A DNA stretch of 64,000 nt, from positions 26,405 through 90,404 of the forward strand of contig JAUCBJ010008638.1 of NCBI GenBank assembly GCA_032718475.1, given 5' to 3'. Made by a program: the position numbers and the translations under genes. Positions 47,107 to 57,773 of this stretch are shown in pieces (within the stretch, counting starts at the first letter, position 1; each line of letters starts with the position of its first letter). Source of the stretch: Nemertoderma westbladi. Lineage: Eukaryota; Animalia; Xenacoelomorpha. The notes beneath the pieces were generated by a model. It worked only from the letters and a program-made list of their open reading frames with translations. It was not told the DNA's origin and ran no database searches.

Positions 47107-47619
47107 TACAATATAAACCAGGCTGCTGGGATGGTTGCTCTGTTGAAGCAGACCAATAGTAGCAATAAAATATAGTGTAGTAGATTCCCGATTCAATTCA
47201 ATTCAATTATTATTTCCTATTAAAATAATTATATATAATAAGTTACAAAAAATTTAAAATATTGATCTCAAAAATAACGACCTATAATTTTGAAGGTTGA
47301 GACAGGAATAAAACTATGGTCGCTGTGCGCATGTTGAGCTATTGGTTTTGATTGGGATCTAGAACATAAAATATGCCAGAAGGGTTGTTTATCATTTACA
47401 CATTTCTAAATTAACTCATACACTTTCTTTTCTTGATATGATTTATGTTTGCTCGCGATTACGAGTTTGTAAGCTCTTTTAATATCTGCATGATTTTTCA
47501 AGTTTTTAGGGGACAGATCCACATAATATAAAAATGTTGAACTTTATATTTCAAATAATAATATTAATTTATCATTCAACTACGCAAACAGGAGGCAACA
47601 CAACCGCTCCTCTTTCGAT

Positions 47620-47750
47620 AGCTGCTACCTTCCAAGGAGGGGTGGGCGCTACTCCTGTCCCAAGTTTTGCTCCTAGTTATTTAAAACTGATCCCCATTTT
47701 ATCTACCCAGGGGATGAAAGGCTGAGTGGAACTGCTTCGAGATCGGCTGC
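47620..47750 (-). mobile_element. SINE fragment, same family as 5427 and 17515
   Basis: GGGGTGGGCGCTACTCC and TTTTATCTACCCAGGGGATGAAAGG match the family body. Confidence 0.6.
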
Positions 47751-48072
47751 TTTAATGGCTTTTACCTCCAAAACAAAGCCATCCATTAAATCTTGGTTCA
47801 CCCATCCTGCTGATTAACCTGTGATTTAGATGTCAATCGACAAGAGTGTTATAAATAGTTCATATTGAATTTTCCACTATAATTCGCTGTTATTACGAAA
47901 TGTTTTGAAAAATTTCAGTTTACTTTTCCATATTTCTAATAAAACCATTCATTAGTAAATTAAATATAAATGATAAGATATTACTTATGTTATAAGTAGA
48001 TTACGAAGTAAAGCTATTTTTAAAGCATTGTACTAATAACTAAGTTAACAATTATCGTTAATCTTAATAACT

Positions 48073-49380
48073 ATGGCAAGTTATTATAAGAATGCGGATG
48101 CTGTTACTATAGATATAAAAAGAAACAGCAACAATTCAGAATACATAAATGCCAATGATAAGGATGTATTAACCGAAAAAGAAGACGTCGAAGAAGAAGA
48201 TACATATGATGTGATGTATAACAATCCCATAAATGATAATAAAAGGAAAGATGTTGTCGAACATGTTAAGGAATCTAAGTTCCTAGCGAATCGTCAGTGC
48301 CAATGGCTTGGTATTATTGGAGGCTTTATCTGCCTACTGATTTTAATGGTTGCCTTAGCCCCAATAGTGCTTTCAATCACATCAAATCAAACATATGCTG
48401 TTGATACAATCGACCAACTAAACATTGATCTGAATGACGGATATATCTTGTTTATGAATGAACTGAAAACCCAATCAAATCAAATCAATGATCAGCTGGA
48501 ATTGCAGACAGATATATCTATTGACAATATTATACACGAAATGAAAGTGCTAAATGATACACTTGATAAACAAAATGACATAGCTATTGATAAACTAGAT
48601 AGTCAACTTGCAAATTTCGAAGACATTATTCATGCTCAAAATATTAGTTTTACTAAAGGGTTAATGTATCAGTCTGATAAATTCAATGACATGCTTACGA
48701 AGAACTGGAATGATATATGGGATATTTTGGGATACCTGCCACCAGATAATAAGTTCTGTAATTACCAAATAAATAACACAATCGCAATCTACAATTCTGC
48801 CCAATCACAATTTGCTACTAATTTTGGTCTAAATGGTTTAATTCGATGTGACACTACAGTCCCAGACGGCCCTTGGTTTGTTTTCCAACGACGATTTGAT
48901 GGATCAGAGGTTTTCTACCGGGGTTGGATGACTTATAAATCAGGATTCGGTGGTGTTAACGGAGAATTTTGGTTAGGGCTGGATACTATACACAACCTGA
49001 GCGCAGGCGGAGTTAAATTGAGAGTAGATCTTTGGTGGAATGGAGAATACAGATATGCTGAATATTCCTATTTTATGGTGGGTTCGGGTGAAACATTTTA
49101 TGATTTATATTTATCTGGTTATATGGGAACAGCAGGAGATGCAATGGCAGATCACCATGGAAGCCCATTCTCCACCTATGATAAAGACAATGATGCCAGT
49201 CTTGCCAATTGTGTCATGAAATACTCTGGCGCCTGGTGGTACACTGGTTGCCACAGCGCAAACTTGAACGGTCTTTATGGTGCCGGGGATGGCAGAGGCC
49301 CAAGATGGATTACCTTTACTGGACCTAATCCTGCTGATAAAGTAGAAATGAAGCTCCTACATGAAATTGGTTTTAAATAG
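48073..49380 (+). CDS. Intronless type II membrane fibrinogen-related-domain protein (FIBCD1-like architecture), 435 aa
   Basis: Hydrophilic N-terminus, TM segment WLGIIGGFICLLILMVALAPIVLSI, heptad-like stalk, then FReD motifs WFVFQRRFDGS, GEFWLGLD, FSTYDKDND and GAWWYTGCHSANLNG. Confidence 0.93.
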   Translation: MASYYKNADAVTIDIKRNSNNSEYINANDKDVLTEKEDVEEEDTYDVMYNNPINDNKRKDVVEHVKESKFLANRQCQWLGIIGGFICLLILMVALAPIVLSITSNQTYAVDTIDQLNIDLNDGYILFMNELKTQSNQINDQLELQTDISIDNIIHEMKVLNDTLDKQNDIAIDKLDSQLANFEDIIHAQNISFTKGLMYQSDKFNDMLTKNWNDIWDILGYLPPDNKFCNYQINNTIAIYNSAQSQFATNFGLNGLIRCDTTVPDGPWFVFQRRFDGSEVFYRGWMTYKSGFGGVNGEFWLGLDTIHNLSAGGVKLRVDLWWNGEYRYAEYSYFMVGSGETFYDLYLSGYMGTAGDAMADHHGSPFSTYDKDNDASLANCVMKYSGAWWYTGCHSANLNGLYGAGDGRGPRWITFTGPNPADKVEMKLLHEIGFK

Positions 49381-50578
49381 ACCGCCATCCATCGTCATTA
49401 TTTATATTATATATTTTACAAGAATGAATTCATACAACATTTAATTACGATTTCCTATGTATTTGTTATATAATTATTCACTAAAATTATACTAATTATA
49501 CTGGAGTAAACGAGACTAATAATATTTGTACAGTATATAAACATTTGTGTATGTCCGGGAAATTCTTTGCTTTCCACAGAAACCCTTCAGCTAGTCTGCT
49601 TGTATAACTCTAAACGCAAACACTCATGCTTTATATATGAAAGGGGATTCTGGGTTTGTTTGTCTTGGCGGCCAAATCGGACTGATCTGGCCGCTAATAG
49701 CTTGATCAGGCATTCTTTAAGGCTAATATGTAATTTTAACTGTATTTGATCTCAACATTGAATTTGATGTGTGTTTTGTAGATTTAATTTATAATAATTG
49801 CTTATAGTGCAAATGTAATACTTAAAATGTAATTATATTGTCTGGTTTAAATAATAATAAATAGTTGTTCCATTTTCATATTCTAGAAAAGTGGACAAAT
49901 GTATGTATTGTATGTATGTGTGTATATATGTAAATGTACTTGTTGACCAAATCCCAAAACAACGAACCGCAATAAGATGTTAATATAACAGCAGTACATC
50001 TGGTGCAAAATTGACAGAGACACCATTTTAAACGCTTGTGTAGCTAAATAATGAAAGGGAAAATAAAAATTGTTTCTCAATAACAAGTATGATATCTACT
50101 GTATGTTATACACATAATGTTATAATTATTATTGGAATTTTCCCAATTTGATACAAATTTATCCTTACAATTTATATAAAAATTAGGGGGTGGGCATGGT
50201 CTGCACTAAATAGTTTGATCCTAAAAACAATAACTTTGATAACTGGACCTTGACTAGGTTTCAGGTACAACCGCTCAAAACCGACAACTGCATGGCGGAT
50301 GGATTGTAATGACTTGATTTTTGCAAAAAAATTCAAAATTTGATTAAAATCTTAATTACTTAAAACTCAGTGATTAGCGGCGTTTTTGGAAAATAAATTA
50401 TTTCCAATTATAATAGGCCTAGTATATATCCCTGTTATAAAATTTTTAGTCAATTTTTAGTCAATTTAGTTAATTTTTAGTTTAAATTTGAAAGATAACC
50501 ACCAGTTAGATGCACCTTTAGTACCAATTATTCAATTAGAAACATGATATTTATTTATCAAGTTTTCAACAACATATA

Positions 50579-51938
50579 CACCATGACCCGTAATATAGTG
50601 TCATTTTCTGATGACACGGACCCCCCCCCCCCCCCTCCCCCAAAATTTTTTCTACAAATCTTTATCAAATTGCTTGAAATTTGAAACACAACTAGTTCAA
50701 CTCACCGTGGTTGTTACCATGAAGCCGGAATTTTCGATTTCGCCTTTAAATTTTATTTATAATTGTTTTAAAAAAGTGTCTTTTGCGAATTCGCACTAGT
50801 AATTTAGTCGTAATTTTTTCACATCATTAGAAAGCTTTCGTTGAAAGGATTCCAAATATGTAGCAAAATCTGAATTTCATTGAGAAACAGCTGAGAAATA
50901 GGCGTTTAAAGATTACAATAATTATTGATCGCTGCAAGCCATTTATTTATTCTATTTAATAAATACACAATATTCTAGAACGTGTTATTTATTTTATGAG
51001 TTGGTTGGCAACAGCGGTATTCCTTTCCAATATATCTATTGCGTAGCTATTCATACTTAAACAAAATGTTCCAGAACATCGTGTATTTATTAAATATAAT
51101 AAATGGCCTTCAGAGGACAATACTTCTTGCAATCTTTAAAAGCCTATATCTCAGCTGTTTCTCAACGGAATTCAGATAATGTTACATATTTCGAATCCTT
51201 TCAAGGCAAGCTTTTTACTGATATGAAAAAATTACGACTAATATGAAGAATGTCCACGATATGGAGGGTGCGATTTCGCAAAAGAAACTTTTTTAAAACG
51301 CTTATAAAAAAAATTTTTAAGGTAAAATCGAAAATGTGGTCATCGACGGTGAGTGGAACTAGTTGTGTTTCAAATTTCAAGCAAAATGATAAAGATTTAA
51401 GAATCTGGGGGGGGATTACTTCATTGACAGCTCCATAAACAGTGCGTTGGTCAATGTGGAAGGCGTGGGCAATGGTGTGAATTGCTGGCAAGGTAGCGCA
51501 TAGAACTCAAAACCTTTATTCGGGAGCAATCGGAATTTCATCTGCCGATTTTGGTGATGTTGTATCGAATCAAGTCTTTTTCTCTCTGAGTCTTGAGTGC
51601 CTATTTCACATGTGTTTCTCAACGAAATTCAGACATTGTTACATATTTGGAATCCTTTCAACGCAAGCTTTCTATTGATATGAAAAAATTACGACTAAAG
51701 TGAAGAATGGCCACGATACGGAGGGTGCGATTTCGAAAAAGACACTTTTTAAAACGCTTATGAATAAAATTTAAAAGCGAAATCGAAAATTCCGGCTTCA
51801 TGGTAACAACCACGGTGAGTGGAACTAGTTGTGCTTCAAGTTTCAAGCAATATGATAAAGATTTGTAGAAAAATTTGGGGGGGGGGGGGGGGGGTGGTGT
51901 GGGGGTCCGTGTCATGAGAAAATGACACAGTCATGGTG
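50579..51938. mobile_element. Non-autonomous DNA transposon with long (~330-bp) TIRs and TA TSD
   Basis: TA|CACCATGAC...GTCATGGTG|TA; 50598-50900 is the reverse complement of ~51615-51928; extra partial arm copy at ~51140-51415. Confidence 0.8.
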
Positions 51939-52592
51939 TAATAGTTATCGGCCATACAGACAGATCTCCCAGCACAGAGTTACCAGTACCTCCCTCTGCG
52001 ACAGTATCATATTCGTCTGCATTATTCGCTGTTGGTCTCGTCTTCACTCCTATCCGCGTCATTAGTTGCCAGGATACCGTTCTTAGTTATAATATCTGGT
52101 AGAGTCTTCTTTTTATATGAGGAACGTCGACGCTGGAAACAAAAAATATGAATTACACTTTCCAGGATTGGAGTTGACAGTTTATTAAACGCATAAAATG
52201 TAGCCCACTATACTTTTAGGAAAGCGATTTACTCCACTTATAACTCGACAAGGCAGATTTTATATACAGTACGATTCAAAGACCATTGTCGTTTGTAAAT
52301 AAAAGACAAATTTGTTATTATATATTTGTCAAATACTTGTCTAAAACGAAACATTGCTTTCCATATGGGCATTAGACTATTTTTTTTACACTTTTGCTTG
52401 TTAAAGTCAAATCAAGCACTTTTTAGCAGGATTTCACCTTTTCAGTCAAATCACGCAACCAGCCCACAGTGGGAGCTGTTTACAGTGTAAACCTAATTTA
52501 TATTTTCCCTCTGATTATGTGTTAGGTCATAAAAAATGGCTTGCAATTATTGTAGGCAGATCCAAATGCAGAGCGACACACAATGTGTACAT

Positions 52593-55440
52593 TAGGGGTG
52601 GTTGATTTCTCCATTTATCATATAAATTTGAACATTGGTGCGACTTTGCCTTCTAAACATTTCCTCAAAGTTTGACATTGATTTGAGCACAGCTTCCCAT
52701 TACCCCAATGCCCATTTTTTCCTATAATAATACCAGCATATCTCTAGCCATACCGGTGTTGGGGTACGGTACTGTTGTATGTACAATGCAGAATATGACA
52801 CTGCCTGACTCTACTGTAGTACAGCAATATCGGAATATGCATTGCAACTGCAAACTGCTACCCAAGGTGCAGCAGTTGGCACCTTTTTTTGAATCTTAGT
52901 AAGTTCGTTTTAGCTATATAGGCCTACCCTGCTCCGTAGCGTAGGCCTACCGTATTTTAATTGCAATGGTGATATAATTATATGGTTGATTGACATTATA
53001 GTGGATTTTAACCTTATTTATCATTAGGCCTATGCTGTTAATGTTATAATATGGCAACACGAAGTCAGACTGGATGCCTCTTCGGCTTTGCTGCGAAACT
53101 GCCTGGCCACCAACTACCTACAAATGGCGATATTCTACGTTACTGCGAATTAGTAAAAATGCAACATCGGGCGGAGCCAAATGGTAGCCATGAAGAACTG
53201 TCGAATCGAGAAATGCAAAAAATTGTAGCAAGTGAAGTTATTGCAATATACGATTTTGCCACAGTTGCACTGCTTTCAACTGAGCTTTGTCATCAAAAGA
53301 TCATCGAGGAGTGGCGCAAAGCACAACGATTGAACAGTGATAAAGCCAAAAAGTGCTTTCCTACAAAACTGGAATCCGCGAAAATTAATTGGGGCAAGCT
53401 CTTTGATGTTGTCGATTACAAGAATTTAAACCCTCTAGAGAAAGATTTCGTGGATGATCAAGGAAGCGATAGAAAAATGTTCATAGAAAAATTAGATAAA
53501 CAAGAGTTCCAGAAACGTAAAAAGTATCTCAAACGAAAGCAGCAGGAGCTTCAGCGTGAAAGAAAGGAGAAAACGAGAAAGCTAGCCCAAAAAGCTGTCT
53601 GCGAATTACCTAGCTCAAGTGAAACTGACTCTTCATCTGATTCATCCGATAGTGATCCGAATTTCAGGGAGAGTGTCTCAACAAGCAGTGCCTACAATAC
53701 CATCCCAATCCCTTGTGTTGCGAGGGAAGCCGATCGAAAGATGGTTTCTGACGAAACAGTTGCTGCTATTGCCACTGCTACTTTGCAGGATGTATTAGGA
53801 GAAGACTTCTCCAGAGACATCGTTATTGACCCACTGAAAGTGAGACGTAGCCGGGTCAAGAGGCGTACTGGATTGAAACCAACCCATCATGACATAAATA
53901 ATTTGATATCGCTCTATTTCGATGGGAGAAAGGATGAATCATATGTCTTCGATGACTACCACCACAGGAGAAAAATAAAAGAAGACCATTACGTATTGAT
54001 GACACAACCTGGTGACATTTACATTTCTCATGTCACAACACCAAGTGGTCGTTCAATTGACATTTTAAAATCTATAATTGACGAGAATATCAACATGGAT
54101 GGAATTCGAGTAATAGGTTGTGATGGGACAGCAGTGAACACTGGGAATCGTAATGGAGTATTTGCTAGAATTGAAGATCATATCCAGCATGAAGTTCAGT
54201 GGAATATATGTATGCTGCACATTAACGAGTTACCGTTGCGGCATCTATTTGAAATATATGGAAAGACATCTGGTCCAGAAACATTCAGTGGTGAAATTGG
54301 TGATATTCTTGGGTCAAACCTTACAACCTTGGAGATCGCATTGTTTGATAAAATTGAAACTCCCCATTTGGCAACATTGGATAATTCAAAGGACCTAAGC
54401 ACAGACCAGATGTATCTTTTGGAAATCTGTCATGCGATCAGTTCTGGGGAGTGCCCTGAAACACTCTTACACCGAGATCCTGGGAAATGTAGTCATTCAC
54501 GATGGCTCACAGGATCAAATCGAATGTGCCGCTACTATGTTAGTCAAACACATCCAACAGAAGCTGTTAAGACATTGACTCGATTCATTGTAACAGTATA
54601 TGGGCCTGTATGGTTTGCCACTAAGATGGCTACAGATATCAGTGATGCTCCACCAGTACTTTTCCTTATGATAAAACTCAGTCGTGAACTTGAACCAGCA
54701 GAAGTGCAGTCTGTCATCAACAAATCGATAAAGCAAAATTGCTATGCAGCTCACCCCGAAAACTTGCTATATGCCATGTTTCACGACAATAGACCTGCAA
54801 TTCGCGAGCTAGCTGTTAGGCGAATTCTGAAGGCACGAAAGGTTTCATCTACAGAAATACGAAAATTCCATCGCCCTGCTAATCAACTTAACCTTAATGC
54901 TACAGATTATATTCATATGATCGACTGGATGCACATTGACGTTACTGAACCACCATTATTAGCATCTAAGAGTGAGGATCAACTTTGGGATGCTATAAAG
55001 TCAGTCCCAGTAAAGTCGTCGTACACACCACAGACTCAAGCCGTTGAAAGAATGATTCGTGTAGTAGCTGAGGTCATCCTCAAAACTGTCGGAAAGGAGA
55101 AAAGGGACTCTATGATTCATTCTATCTTAGATGCAAGGAAGCAGCGCCCTATGTTTGAATCAAAGAAAGATTATGTTGTTTAGTTTAACATACAGGTTTG
55201 GTTTGAACTCATTAAATTTCAATTGTGTTCAGTTTTCACTGTAGCCTACCGGTTGAATATAATTTACCGTGCAGTAGAAAATTGTATTTTTCCATAACAC
55301 CTGGGGTAAGTGGTTAGGGTCACACTATCAGGATAGGGACACAATTGAAATTTTGACACTTTATTTAGTATGGCAAGCCTCAACTAAATACCAATTTATG
55401 GAACAATCCCACTATTTTGTGTAAAAATCGACTCTCCCTA
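52593..55440 (+). mobile_element. hAT-superfamily (hATm-type) DNA transposon, apparently complete
   Basis: Perfect 8-bp TSD GTGTACAT (52585-52592 and 55441-55448); imperfect TIRs TAGGGGTGGTTGATTT / AAATCGACTCTCCCTA. Confidence 0.92.
53051..55183 (+). CDS. hATm-type DDE transposase, 710 aa
   Basis: LYFDGRKD, IGCDGTAVNTG, CxxH (ICMLHINELPLRHLF), SRWLT and TQAVER; uninterrupted ORF between the TIRs. Confidence 0.92.
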   Translation: MATRSQTGCLFGFAAKLPGHQLPTNGDILRYCELVKMQHRAEPNGSHEELSNREMQKIVASEVIAIYDFATVALLSTELCHQKIIEEWRKAQRLNSDKAKKCFPTKLESAKINWGKLFDVVDYKNLNPLEKDFVDDQGSDRKMFIEKLDKQEFQKRKKYLKRKQQELQRERKEKTRKLAQKAVCELPSSSETDSSSDSSDSDPNFRESVSTSSAYNTIPIPCVAREADRKMVSDETVAAIATATLQDVLGEDFSRDIVIDPLKVRRSRVKRRTGLKPTHHDINNLISLYFDGRKDESYVFDDYHHRRKIKEDHYVLMTQPGDIYISHVTTPSGRSIDILKSIIDENINMDGIRVIGCDGTAVNTGNRNGVFARIEDHIQHEVQWNICMLHINELPLRHLFEIYGKTSGPETFSGEIGDILGSNLTTLEIALFDKIETPHLATLDNSKDLSTDQMYLLEICHAISSGECPETLLHRDPGKCSHSRWLTGSNRMCRYYVSQTHPTEAVKTLTRFIVTVYGPVWFATKMATDISDAPPVLFLMIKLSRELEPAEVQSVINKSIKQNCYAAHPENLLYAMFHDNRPAIRELAVRRILKARKVSSTEIRKFHRPANQLNLNATDYIHMIDWMHIDVTEPPLLASKSEDQLWDAIKSVPVKSSYTPQTQAVERMIRVVAEVILKTVGKEKRDSMIHSILDARKQRPMFESKKDYVV

Positions 55441-56379
55441 GTGTACATCAACAACATAAACATATCAGTGGGATATAGATACAATACAGTTAGTGTACAA
55501 ATTATAACCTGTGAAAAGACAGGTTACGCGAAATTTGTTGCAATAAGATGCGAACTTTGTTACTAAGATGTGAAAATTGGAATTTTGTTCCAATTTTGTA
55601 CAACACTCATGCAGATTGCTGAAATTAACTTGTATGCCGTCAACTTACTATGATTTCTTCATAAGTAACGAGTTCACGATTGTAAATGAGACACTTATGT
55701 TGACGGATTTAGAGACCTGAATTCAAATTTCTGGTTGGGGTTGCACAATATTTACAAGCTTAGTAATAATGGCAAGGTGAAGTTCATAGTCGATAATGAT
55801 GGATATCCCTATGACGACTGCGCCAGACTATGTAAACGAGGATGGTGGTAGACAGACACTGCGGGGACAGCAACTTGAACGGAATCTTCGGTAATGTGAA
55901 TAGGAAAGGTCCTTATTAGTTAGAAAATAACAGACCGGCTACTCGAGTTGAAATTAATATTTTGATTTAGTAAAACTGTAGGATTTATATAAATTAGTAA
56001 AGAATTTCAATAGTGTCAATTTGGCCAAACTATTATTTTTAATGCTCCTCTGGTGTTTGGCAGGTGTGAAGTTCCCTGTTTCTATTATTGGAAGCATCTA
56101 TTGGTTCTTATATATATTTTGTTATTTTATTTAATTTTGTTTAGATGGGAGAATCAGCACAACCCAGATATCGCATTTACATTTTGTCAGGTAAGTCTTG
56201 ATTGTTGCTGTTGTGAGCATTTATATTTCTCTTGGCTGTCTTCATTAGCTTTCGCATCCTTGTTGATGTTTTCGGTTGTTTGTTGTTCAGTTTTTACATT
56301 ATGTGTAAGAAATCTTAAGAAAGAAGAAATCTTAATCTTTTGCTTTTGTTTTTATTAGTATAAATTCAAATTCTTCCAT

Positions 56380-57030
56380 TAGATCTAATAGTAAGCACCC
56401 ATTTCTGTGTTATAGGTGAACCAATTTTGGTCACACACCAGCAATGATTTATAAGTCCAGTGATATCTTTATACAACTTGACTCTTATTTTGGCTCTGAT
56501 GCATTGGTTGGACTGTAGCAACATATTACTGTTGGCTTGAGATTCCCATCAAAAGTTACAATCATGACCCTGTAACGTTTGTTTATAGATTCGATGTTAT
56601 TTAGAGTCTGTAAGTGGGTTTAGAAGAAATCCTGCTCCACCAATTGATGCTGAATTTCTTTCCACTGAGCTTTTTACAAAAGTCCATCAATTGTCAATGT
56701 CATTGTACTTGATGGCAGTGTCTTCATGACAAATCCGATAATCTTTGATACAAAAGATGTCGATGTTCCTTTACCAGAGCTACTGTGCAATGCCACCCTG
56801 TTTAATTTGTGTTTTCAGAGTGAGTGCATTCACTGCAGCACAAAAGACTTCGTGTCTTCTTACATTTCAACAAGTTGGTTCTTCTTTCTTCTCTGTCTTC
56901 TGTTCCAGTAGCCAATTTTTCGTCCCTATCCTGGTGTTCCACTGAGGGACGCGGTCATTGTTGACCCGGGCAGGCTACGACCGAGCCTGTATTTCTTCTA
57001 GAGGGTTCCCATCCCGAGGGTTACCTAACA
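56380..57030 (-). pseudogene. Degenerate 5' fragment (APE endonuclease) of an RTE-like LINE
   Basis: Minus strand reads RNIDIFCIKDYRICHEDTAIKYNDIDN*WTFVKSS...SIGGAGFLLNP, with stop codons. Confidence 0.6.
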
Positions 57031-57399
57031 TACTGATAGTGGAGCATCCTTTATAGTATTATAAGGGGGCCATGCATTACTATAGTAGTATAGTTGCATA
57101 TAAAATTATTTATTTAACATTTTCATTATTTTTTATTACTTATTTTGTAGTATGAATTCCAACTGAATTGCAGAAGTGCAAGTGCTGATACTGTACCAAC
57201 TACAGTATTCCTTAATATAATCATATATTATAACGGTAGTTATAATAATATAATAATAATATAATTATTGATGAATTATTTCACTATAAGGTAGCATTTG
57301 TAGTTTAACTTTAGCGTAAAAACTTTGAAAATCCGACGTATTTTGATTAAGTTACAGTAATGTAATATGCCTATTTATATTTGTACACATAAAACCTTA

Positions 57400-57478
57400 G
57401 GTACTCTCGTGGCGTAGTGGTCAGATGGTTAAGGCGTTGGTTACATTACATAGGTTACGAGTTCGAATCCCAGTCGGG
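57400..57478 (+). ncRNA. tRNA-like Pol III module in the LTR of element 2
   Basis: A box TGGCGTAGTGG, B box GAGTTCGAATCC, TTTT at ~57487; same LTR position as in element 1. Confidence 0.6.
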
Positions 57479-57528
57479 AAATTTGTATTTTGGGGCCATT
57501 TATTTTCGTTTAGGTGCTAATTGGTAGG

Positions 57529-57773
57529 CCAATGAGAGGCGTACAACGTAGCGGATAATGAGCCAGGCCAATCATAGGGCATAAATTACCTTATTGCTCA
57601 AATGTGAGGCAGTGGAAAATTCTGTTAGGATTCCATGTCCCAGATTTAGTGTAAGGGCCGTACTGCGTTAAACGATGAGCTGGGCCAATCATAGGGCACG
57701 AAACACTTTATGGTTCAAATGTGAAGCTGTGGAAAATTCTGTTTGGTTTCCATGTGCAATTTCTAGTATAAAA
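57529..57773 (+). promoter_or_regulatory. Three CCAAT boxes and TATAAAA in the element 2 LTR
   Basis: CCAAT at 57529, 57568 and 57685; TATAAAA at 57767. Confidence 0.65.
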
